DNA of 64,000 bases, from assembly GCA_038326735.1 (NCBI GenBank), contig JBBQKH010000007.1, positions 2,937 to 66,936 on the forward strand. The letters are read 5' to 3'. Source of the stretch: Cyanobacteriota bacterium. Lineage in GTDB: Bacteria; Cyanobacteriota; Cyanobacteriia; JARCMD01. The notes below the pieces were generated by a model. That model was not told the DNA's origin. It was given only the letters and a program-made list of their open reading frames with translations, and made no database searches. Shown one piece after another: positions 38,220-46,197 of this stretch (position 1 is its first letter; every line of letters starts with the position of its first letter). A program made the translations under genes and the position numbers.

Positions 38220-38577
38220 CTTGGCAACAAACGAGCAGTCCATCATCTCTAACCATTCGGCACCCCTGCAACTTGCCTCACCCATCAACGTTTGGTTAAA
38301 GGCGGCAAACTCAAAGTCCTCTTTGTAGTGTCGGCGGTAGGTGCGCTCGTTCAACTCGTTATATCGACTCAGGTTGGTAAAGTTGACTTTGCCACACACC
38401 ATCAAGATTGTGGAGAATAAGCTCACTAAGAATTTCGTTTGCGGTTTGCGAAATTGCCCACTTCGGTTAGCAAGCTTTGTACAATAATTTCCATATAGCT
38501 ACCCTTCTGGTGCGTTTGTGATTATTTGCACCCTAATCCATGGGTAGCTTTTTTGTCAAAAAACTGTCCGGACTATT
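38220..38577 (-). pseudogene. IS (DDE transposase) fragment: left terminal repeat plus the 5' part of the transposase gene, frameshifted
   Basis: The outer end aatagtccggacagttttttg (reverse complement, ending at 38577) matches the MITE type 1a termini. ATG at 38494 gives MEIIVQSLLTEVGNFANRKRNS then a stop. The frame then shifts to ...FLVSLFSTILMVCGKVNFTNLSRYNELNERTYRRHYKEDF...AEWLEMMDCSFVAK. Similarity to the other half stops at 38220. Confidence 0.7.
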
Positions 38578-38717
38578 ATTAGGGAATTGGGACTAGAAAT
38601 TCCATAAATTCCAGATCTGGTAGGGGAAATGCACATCTAACCCTCGAATGGACTATTTAAGCGTTGAGTCCTTTCCGCTATAGTCCTTAGTGGGAAACTT
38701 CGTTGGAGTGTGGGTCA

Positions 38718-40100
38718 ATGTTTGTAAATCATTGGCGATCGGTAGGCAAATTATTTGCATTCATCACCGCTGTTGTGTTGGTGCTGGGCTTGGCGGGGTG
38801 TGACGATCGGTCGGTAGCGGTGGGGACTTCAGGAAATGCCACTAAGCTTTCCAGCAGAGTCTCAGAGGTGTCGCCTCCAGAGGTGATTCAGGAATTGCGG
38901 CAGATGTTGGAGGTCTACCAGCCCCAAGTGACGATCGCAACTCCGAAGCCGAATGAAGTTTTGCAGGACGATCGCGTTTCTGTGCAATTCCAAGTCCAAG
39001 ACTTGCCCATCTTTAAGGATGCTGACTTGGGTCTAGGTCCCCATCTTCATGTCGTTTTAGATAACGAACCTTATAAGGCGGTTTACGATGTCAGCCAGCC
39101 ATTTGTGTTTTCAGACGTGGCCCCTGGCACCCACACGCTGAGAGTTTTTGCGTCCCGTCCCTGGCATGAAAGCTTTAAAAATGAGGGTGCTTATGCCCAA
39201 ACTACCTTTCATGTCTTTACGAAAACCCAGGATAATCAGCCCGATGCTGCTTTGCCCTTGTTGACTTACAGCCGTCCGGTGGGAACTTATGGCGCTGAGC
39301 CAGTCATGCTGGATTTTTACCTCACCAATGCGCCTCTACATCTGGTGGCAGAAAAATCAGGGGATGAGATTCCTGATTGGCGGATTCGTTGCACGGTCAA
39401 TGGGGAAAGTTTTGTGGTCGATCGCTGGCAGCCTCTGTACCTAAAAGGTTTCAAGCTGGGGAAAAACTGGGTGCAGATCGAGTTCTTGGATGAGCAAGGC
39501 AACTCTGTCAAAAATGTGTTTAACAATACAGTGCGGCTGATTAATTACGAGTCCAAGGGGAAAGATACGCTTTCTAAATTAGTGCGGGGAGAGTTGACGA
39601 TCGCCCAAGCACGGGGCATTGTTGATCCCACTTACCGCCCGGAAGTTGCCGCGCCATCACCCAGCCTGTCGCCTCTGGCTAACCCAACTCTCACTCCTAG
39701 CCCTACGCCTCTAGTTCAAAAAACTCCCAAGCCGGAACCTGTGACCACGGTGGAACCTGCACCCCCTTTAGAGCCGATCGAGGCTCAGGAGGTAACCCCG
39801 ACTCTAGCTCCGGTGCCCTCCCTCACTGGAAAGACTGAGACGATGCCTGCACCTGTATTGGAGGAAATGCCAAAGGAAGCATCAGAGGAACCAGCGGAGG
39901 TGGTGCAGCCAACACCTAGGGAGAAAAAGCTAGGAAGGCGATCGGGACGGTTTCGTCGTCCAACCCTTAGCCCAGAGGTAGCCTCGCCCCTACCTTCATC
40001 GTTACCAGAAATATTAGAGGAGCCATCCTCAGTTCCTGAGAGTTCTGTGCTGGTTGATCCTAAGCCAGTCACTTCAGGCGTAAGGGAGAATAATCCTTAA
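38718..40100 (+). CDS. lipoprotein with a Pro-rich C-terminal tail, function unknown
   Basis: I chose the ATG at 38718. Lipobox LVLGLAGCDD. The globular region has GPHLHVVLDNEPY...GTHTLRVF motifs. About the last 150 aa are Pro/Ser/Glu-rich. Confidence 0.55.
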   Translation: MFVNHWRSVGKLFAFITAVVLVLGLAGCDDRSVAVGTSGNATKLSSRVSEVSPPEVIQELRQMLEVYQPQVTIATPKPNEVLQDDRVSVQFQVQDLPIFKDADLGLGPHLHVVLDNEPYKAVYDVSQPFVFSDVAPGTHTLRVFASRPWHESFKNEGAYAQTTFHVFTKTQDNQPDAALPLLTYSRPVGTYGAEPVMLDFYLTNAPLHLVAEKSGDEIPDWRIRCTVNGESFVVDRWQPLYLKGFKLGKNWVQIEFLDEQGNSVKNVFNNTVRLINYESKGKDTLSKLVRGELTIAQARGIVDPTYRPEVAAPSPSLSPLANPTLTPSPTPLVQKTPKPEPVTTVEPAPPLEPIEAQEVTPTLAPVPSLTGKTETMPAPVLEEMPKEASEEPAEVVQPTPREKKLGRRSGRFRRPTLSPEVASPLPSSLPEILEEPSSVPESSVLVDPKPVTSGVRENNP

Positions 40101-40263
40101 TCTATTCAGCCAACGATTAATTAAGGGTTTAAGCACCTGGAATTGCGTTGTGATTAGAATCACTTAAGGCAGATGACTCCGATCGCCTCTATGGAGTGAT
40201 TAAGCATCCATACTCATAAGTGACTCAAATCTAGCCGAGTCATCAACAGGGAACACATTATTT

Positions 40264-40298
40264 ACCGACAGCTTCCAGATGGAGACTGTCGGTTTTTT
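40264..40298 (+). terminator. rho-independent terminator candidate
   Basis: Stem accgacag / ctgtcggt with a 14-nt loop, followed by tttttgtg. It lies about 165 nt downstream of the lipoprotein gene. Confidence 0.6.
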
Positions 40299-40900
40299 GT
40301 GTCTAAGAGCCTTGTAACGAAAAAGAGGTGAGATGATGACTGATCTAGGTCACCCAAGTATCAAAAAATACAACAGAGGTGGCAATCGACAGTTTGGAGT
40401 GGTTTTATTGTCACCATCGATTCAAGTTTGTTCGTTGTGCTATTGATCAGCACGATTTCAAACCAATTTCAGACCTCGAATTTGAACAGCGTTGTAGTTG
40501 GTTGTTCTATGAAAAGCCAGGAAGCTTGCTCTGAGAGCGCTGCGTCCCTAATTGATTGTTGTATGCAGTTCTTTCTGTAGAGAGTAATTTTGGGATGTTT
40601 TCGATTCTCTGTCTTTAGGACGAGGACAGGGGCGAGGGGATCATTTAACGATGTTTCAGGAAAATTGCCGATGGTCTCTTTTAAGACTTTCTATTCCGTG
40701 GACTGCGTACTCAGAAATTTACTTAGTGACCGTCACAACTAAGTGTAAAATTTTTCAGAATTGTGACCTTAACACAACCCTGATAACCCCTAAATCTTGA
40801 TGATTATTTCATTGTTTCCTGTGACTGCTTCATCATTCCTTTACGTATAACCACTTACTTAGTCGTTACGGTAATTGCATAGAGCGATGGTTATTGACTC

Positions 40901-42136
40901 ATGCAGGATCTAAAACTGCCCTCTCCAGGGCAAAGGCTACCGTCTCGTTCATTTGTGTCTAATCTGCTTATTACCGCAGTCAGTCTAGTCCTACTTGTTT
41001 GGGCTGGGCGACTGCTCCAAGCTAGGCTGACATCTGTCGTCAGTATTGATGCGGTCATCAGTGGGGCGATCGTGGATGTCAAAGCTCCTGAACAGGGAGT
41101 GGTGACTAAAATGACCCTGGCTACGGGGGATGCAGTGGTGCTTGAGCAACCTCTATTGGTGCTGAAGAACGACCTGGTTAGTGAGCTTCAGTTCAAGGAA
41201 ATCAATACTCGCTTAGGTGACCGCAGAGCGGAGTTACAGCGGGCCCAAACCCAGTTAGATCAACTTTTTCTCTTAGCTCAGAGCGCTGACACTGATAATC
41301 AGACGCAGTATCGGTTTGAGAATAGAGCCGCTCAGGGAGCGATCGATGAGATGCTCTCGGACTCACAGGAAGCCAAATCCAAATTGGCATTGGCTCAGAA
41401 GGCTCATGATAGAGCAGCAGCATTGCAGGCAGAAGGGGTCATATCCCAAGAAAGCTTAGATATTGCGAATGCAGAAGTGGAGCAGCAGCGAGCTAAATTT
41501 GACAGTACCCAGAATCGGTTGTCTACTCTACGGGCAAATCAGCAAGCAGTGGAGCAAGGTTTGACACTGGACAGAACTCGGAGCAACTACGATCCCCGAA
41601 TTCGCTTGCAAGAGTTAAATATGCAGATTAGCGATCAGCGGCAGGTGGTGCAAAGTTTACAACAGGGCATTGCGGATACTGGGACTGAGCTAGCTCAAGC
41701 TAGGCAGGATGCGGAGCGGAAGCAGGAAATCCCAATTAAGGCAGCGACTGCTGGGGTGATTTGGAGCTTGTCTGTCCGCCCTGGAACCTATGTGCAGCGC
41801 GGCGAATCTTTGGGGCAGTTGTTGGATTGTAGCAATCGCTGGGTCGATGCCATTGTCGATGAAGGGATGTTGCGATCGTTGCAAATTGGCACACCTGCTG
41901 CGATCGAACTGTACGGGGATACTGCTCAATCTTTGCAAGGAAAAATTAGCATGATTCGTCCTGGATTGGGGCGATTGACGACCCCTGGTGGAGATGTGGC
42001 TCTACCCATGCCTGCCAACACGCCCCGTAAAGCTCAGGTGCGGGTCACGATCGCTCCAAATAACGAGCCGGAGAGCCAGCGGCGGCTTTGTTATGTCGGG
42101 CACACTGCCAAAGTTACGTTTGATATTCGCAAATAG
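40901..42136 (+). CDS. HlyD-family periplasmic adaptor (membrane fusion protein)
   Basis: N-terminal TM LLITAVSLVLLVWAG and a lipoyl-like hairpin (AVISGAIVDVKAPEQGVVTKMTLATGDAV). A long coiled coil follows (RAELQRAQTQLDQL...EVEQQRAKFDSTQNRL). The C-terminal beta domain is IKAATAGVIWSLSVRPGTYVQRGESLGQL. Confidence 0.75.
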   Translation: MQDLKLPSPGQRLPSRSFVSNLLITAVSLVLLVWAGRLLQARLTSVVSIDAVISGAIVDVKAPEQGVVTKMTLATGDAVVLEQPLLVLKNDLVSELQFKEINTRLGDRRAELQRAQTQLDQLFLLAQSADTDNQTQYRFENRAAQGAIDEMLSDSQEAKSKLALAQKAHDRAAALQAEGVISQESLDIANAEVEQQRAKFDSTQNRLSTLRANQQAVEQGLTLDRTRSNYDPRIRLQELNMQISDQRQVVQSLQQGIADTGTELAQARQDAERKQEIPIKAATAGVIWSLSVRPGTYVQRGESLGQLLDCSNRWVDAIVDEGMLRSLQIGTPAAIELYGDTAQSLQGKISMIRPGLGRLTTPGGDVALPMPANTPRKAQVRVTIAPNNEPESQRRLCYVGHTAKVTFDIRK

Positions 42137-42267
42137 TTGTTGCAGAAGCGTAGGTTCCACCCTCAATACTCAATTCTGATCATCTTTAAGGTTCAGGATT
42201 CAGTCAGAGTTTAGTGCAATGGACGCGCAATTAGTCAAGTTACTCCTGAAACTCATCACTAACTCCC

Positions 42268-44532
42268 ATGCGTCTCATCTCTAAGCCAGCTCAATTATCC
42301 CAACCGATCGATCCCATCCGCCCTGCTCCACCGCCTGCACTGAGCCAAAAGCCCGGAGCAGCTCAGCAACATATTTCACCTTGGGTTTGGCGGCTGTTTA
42401 TTGCCAGTGTCCTTTTGTGGTTTGGTGTGCTGCTCACTACGGCCTGGAGACCTGTGTTGGTTCCTCCAGAGATTGGCAATCCGGCAATTTTGCCCCCACT
42501 ACCTAGTTTTTTGCAGGTGCCAGAGGAGCTAGAAAGACTATGGCTGCCCACAATAATTGTTTTGGGATTGTGCATTGTCCTACGGTGGATTAAGCCAACT
42601 AATCCCACCCGATTGGTCGTCCGGGGTGTGATGGCATTTGTGGCAATTCGCTACCTAGTTTGGCGATCGTTAGTCACACTGAACGTTTCACACTGGCTGA
42701 GCATTACCCTCAGCTTGGTCTTTTTTGCCAATGAGATTGTGTGGATTAGTTCCTACTTGCTCTACTTTTTGCAATCGACGTGGACGACTGAGAAACGCCG
42801 CCGAATGGAGGCCGATCGCTACTCCCAGGCGGTGTTGGCAGGAGACTATTTGCCGTGGGTGGATGTGTTTATTCCCAGCTATAAAGAGCCAGATTTTATT
42901 GTGCGGCGAACGGCGATCGGGTGTCAGGCAATGGATTACCCCAACAAGACGATTTATATTTTGGATGACACACGCCGTCCAAACATTAAAGCTTTGGCGG
43001 AGGAACTGGGATGCAAGTACATTACCCGTCCTGACAATAAACACGCCAAGGCAGGGAACCTGAATAACGCATTACCGCAGACGGATGGGGAATTGATCAC
43101 CATTATGGATGCTGACTTTGTGCCTTTCCGACATTTTTTGACGCGCGTGGTTGGCTTTTTTCAGAATTCTGAAATTGACTTAGTGCAAACGCCTCAGCAC
43201 TTTTACAATCCCGACTATCATGCTCGTAACTTGGGCTTAGATAGCTTCCTGCCCAACGATATGGAACACTTTTTTGGGTTTGTGCAACCGGGGCGAGATA
43301 GTGGCAATTGTGTAATTTGCTGTGGCACGTCCTATGTGGTGCGTCGTAGCTCTGTGGAAGCGATCGGCGGCTATTACACCCGCTGCTGCGTGGAGGATTA
43401 TCAGACCTCGATTCGGCTTTTGACAGCAGGTGGACGGCTGATTTACCTCAACGAAGTGCTTAGCATGGGAGAATCTACTCGCACGTTTGTGGACTTCATT
43501 GATCAACGACTGCGGTGGCTTCAGGGTAATTTGCAAGTTTACTTCTGCGGCGATGAATTGCCCATTTGGTCAAAGTTGAATTGGGTGCAGAAGAGTTACC
43601 ACGTCACGCTAATTTTGTTTTGTTTTAACCCAGTGGTGCGGCTGATTTCCCTCGTTACGCCCCTCCTGAGCTTTTACCTTGGACCCTCGCCCCTTGTTGC
43701 TTCGGTGGAACAGTATGCTTACTACGCGATTCCCTTCATGCTGCTGTATAACGTCAGTTTTACTTGGGCAACGGATTATCGGTTGTCCGCTTTCTGGAAT
43801 GAAGTGTATGAGACGGCTTTTTGTTTCCCGGCTTTAGGACGATTGTCCTTAGTACTGAAACAACCCTTTGCTAAGGCTTCGACTGCCACTCGCAAGGGGG
43901 TCAAGGAGGAAAGCAAAAACTACAATTTTCATCTGACGTGGCCATTGCTGGTGTTGATAGGGTTGACGATCGTCGGCTTGTTTCTGCACTACGGCGGGTA
44001 TTGGTTGGGTGTGTGGCCCCATCAGCAGTATGAGTATGAAGGCAAAGGATTTTTGGTGTTCTGGATGCTCTATAACCTTCTAGTTATGGGGGCTGCGGTA
44101 CTGGCGGGCATTGATCAGCCCGTTCGCCGGGTCGTCGATCGCTTCCCGATCGAGACCCTATGTAAGGTGACGATCGAAGGTCAACCCTACTGGGGACAGA
44201 CCCATGAACTGTCAGAAACAGGGGCAAGCATCACGCTCAAAACCTGTCCTAACTATCCATTACGTAAAGGTTGCGCGGTGCTGGTGGAGTTTTTGGAGCA
44301 AGGATTTTCGGTGGAGGCTGAAGTGCTGCGATCGAGATCGAACGATCATTGTCTAGCGCTCTCTCTCCAATTTACTAACCTCAGCTTGGAGCAAAATCGC
44401 CAATTGGTGGATTGTTTGTATGGAGATATGACGTGGTGGAAGCAGCGGAAGCAGCCGGGAATTTTCGATTCTCTCCTAGCAATGCTGTCCGCAGTGTTGC
44501 ATTTTAGACCTGTGATGAAGAAGTATGACTAA
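42268..44532 (+). CDS. processive GT2 beta-glycan synthase, BcsA/cellulose-synthase-like, with a C-terminal PilZ domain
   Basis: Multiple TM helices. Motifs are ILDDTRR, TIMDADFVP (DxD), QTPQHFYNPD, VICCGTSYVV (FFCGS-like), CVEDYQTS (TED-like) and IDQRLRWLQGN (QxxRW). The C-terminal RRVVDR ... ELSETGASI fits the PilZ RxxxR / (D/N)xSxxG pattern. Confidence 0.8.
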   Translation: MRLISKPAQLSQPIDPIRPAPPPALSQKPGAAQQHISPWVWRLFIASVLLWFGVLLTTAWRPVLVPPEIGNPAILPPLPSFLQVPEELERLWLPTIIVLGLCIVLRWIKPTNPTRLVVRGVMAFVAIRYLVWRSLVTLNVSHWLSITLSLVFFANEIVWISSYLLYFLQSTWTTEKRRRMEADRYSQAVLAGDYLPWVDVFIPSYKEPDFIVRRTAIGCQAMDYPNKTIYILDDTRRPNIKALAEELGCKYITRPDNKHAKAGNLNNALPQTDGELITIMDADFVPFRHFLTRVVGFFQNSEIDLVQTPQHFYNPDYHARNLGLDSFLPNDMEHFFGFVQPGRDSGNCVICCGTSYVVRRSSVEAIGGYYTRCCVEDYQTSIRLLTAGGRLIYLNEVLSMGESTRTFVDFIDQRLRWLQGNLQVYFCGDELPIWSKLNWVQKSYHVTLILFCFNPVVRLISLVTPLLSFYLGPSPLVASVEQYAYYAIPFMLLYNVSFTWATDYRLSAFWNEVYETAFCFPALGRLSLVLKQPFAKASTATRKGVKEESKNYNFHLTWPLLVLIGLTIVGLFLHYGGYWLGVWPHQQYEYEGKGFLVFWMLYNLLVMGAAVLAGIDQPVRRVVDRFPIETLCKVTIEGQPYWGQTHELSETGASITLKTCPNYPLRKGCAVLVEFLEQGFSVEAEVLRSRSNDHCLALSLQFTNLSLEQNRQLVDCLYGDMTWWKQRKQPGIFDSLLAMLSAVLHFRPVMKKYD

Positions 44533-44538
44533 TGGGGG

Positions 44539-44609
44539 AACGCAGATAAACGCGGATGAACGCAGATAATCCGATCTCCATCCGCGTTTATCTGCGTCCA
44601 TCTGCGTTT
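44539..44609. repeat. compound palindromic element in the synthase-hydrolase spacer
   Basis: aacgcagataaacgcggatg pairs with catccgcgtttatctgcgtc, and gaacgcagat pairs with atctgcgttt. This gives two direct and two inverted acgcagat modules. Confidence 0.7.
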
Positions 44610-44641
44610 GCAATGTTCGTAGTTGTAGGAGGAAAGGGTGT

Positions 44642-45928
44642 ATGAAACGGTTTAAACGTTGGTTTGGGGCAGGGTTATTCGCTGTGATGATGACGATCGC
44701 GCTCTCGACGTGCCAGGCTTCCCTTCCTGATTCGACTCCATCGGTTTCAATGGCAAGTACTCCTTCTTTAGATAAGCGTATTCTGGATCTGAGGGCGGGA
44801 AATGTTGTGGTGCAGGTGGTGGATAAGTCGGGAAGACCTGTGAAGAACGCGATCGTGCGCTTGGAGCAAACGGCCCACAATTTTGAGTTTGGGGTGTCCC
44901 TCCGCACTGAAATGTTCCAGGACAAGACGAACGCTACCCATCGCACCAAGTATTTGAATATTGTTAAGGAATTATTTAATGCCAGTGTCCATGAAGATGC
45001 GCTGAAGTGGTACTCCACAGAGTCAACGCAGGGACAATTGAACTATGCCGATGCCGATCGCATTTTGCAGTGGAGCGAACAGAATAAGCTGCGAATGCGG
45101 GGACACAATCTGTTCTGGGAGGTGGAACGCTGGAGTCAACCTTGGCTAAAAACACTCTCTAGCTCAGCCCTGCGGACGGCGGCCCAGAATCGCGCCACGC
45201 AGATTTGCACCCGCTACCGAGGTCGCATTGGTGAATATGATGTCTTGAACGAAATTCTGAATGGGGACTTCTTTCAAAAACGTCTGGGCAACGGCATCAT
45301 TAAGGATATGTTTGCTTGGTGTCGTAAGGCTGATCCAGCGGCTGTGCTTTATACCAATGAATACAACATTCTCAATGGGGAACAACTCGATCGCTACGTC
45401 GCTTTAATTCGATCGCTACAAGCTCAAAAAATTCCATTGGGCGGTATTGGGGTGCAGGCCCACTTTCGCCAAGATGTGACCGCTGACCAAATGCAACGCA
45501 GTTTGGACACCCTGGCGAAGTTGGGGTTACCCATCAAAATCACTGAGTTCTCAGCAGTGGGAGATACAGAGCAGAAACAGGCGCAGACCTTGAGTGATCT
45601 CTACCGCGTTGCCTTTGCTCACCCCGCTGTGGTGGGTATTTTTATGTGGGGTTTTTGGGAAGGGGCAATCTGGGAGCGACGATCGGCTATTTTCAAGCAA
45701 AACTTTGAGCCGAAGTTAGCCGCCAGAACCTACCGAGATCTGGTGCGTAAACAATGGTGGACGAATCAAACAGGCAAAACCAGCGATCGAGGCGAATTTT
45801 CTATCCGCGCTTTCTTTGGCACCTACCGACTAACGGTTCAAGCAGGAAAAACGATTCGAGAACAACAATTCTCCGTGCTACCCGGTAGCCGATCGCCCCA
45901 AATCGTCCGCTTGACCTTAGCGCAATAA
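44642..45928 (+). CDS. glycoside hydrolase family 10 (endo-beta-1,4-xylanase fold) lipoprotein
   Basis: Lipobox-like IALSTCQAS. GH10 motifs are HEDALKWYSTE, RGHNLFWE, YDVLNEILNG (acid/base Glu), LYTNEYNI, GVQAHF and PIKITEFS (nucleophile Glu). Confidence 0.75.
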   Translation: MKRFKRWFGAGLFAVMMTIALSTCQASLPDSTPSVSMASTPSLDKRILDLRAGNVVVQVVDKSGRPVKNAIVRLEQTAHNFEFGVSLRTEMFQDKTNATHRTKYLNIVKELFNASVHEDALKWYSTESTQGQLNYADADRILQWSEQNKLRMRGHNLFWEVERWSQPWLKTLSSSALRTAAQNRATQICTRYRGRIGEYDVLNEILNGDFFQKRLGNGIIKDMFAWCRKADPAAVLYTNEYNILNGEQLDRYVALIRSLQAQKIPLGGIGVQAHFRQDVTADQMQRSLDTLAKLGLPIKITEFSAVGDTEQKQAQTLSDLYRVAFAHPAVVGIFMWGFWEGAIWERRSAIFKQNFEPKLAARTYRDLVRKQWWTNQTGKTSDRGEFSIRAFFGTYRLTVQAGKTIREQQFSVLPGSRSPQIVRLTLAQ

Positions 45929-45971
45929 ACTTAGTGTCCTGGGGGAAACTATAGATATTCCTCCATCCTCG

Positions 45972-46081
45972 CCTTTCACCCTTCACCCTTCACCCTTCAC
46001 CCCTTCACCCTTCACCCCTTCACCCTTCACCCTTCACCCCTCCACCCCTCCACCCCTTCACCCTTCACCCTTCACCCTTCA
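45972..46081. repeat. heptamer/octamer tandem array (cccttca / ccccttca / cccctcca), about 15 units
   Basis: Uninterrupted run cctttcacccttcacccttcacccttcaccccttcaccc...ttcacccttca. It is the reverse complement of the motif at 37067-37143. Confidence 0.9.
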
Positions 46082-46197
46082 AACCAAAGATTCCTTCGTC
46101 TCACAACCCAGATTTCCATATATTGCAAGCTGCTTTAGCAGGCGGTGGGGCAGTTAATAATAGGAGTGCATAGAACGCATGGTAGGGGTCTGAGGAC

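Noticed and set aside
44476-45018. 180-aa minus-strand ORF spanning the palindromic element and the GH10 5' end
   Set aside because: It overlaps the well-supported GH10 gene in antisense and runs through a repeat element. It has no motif support.
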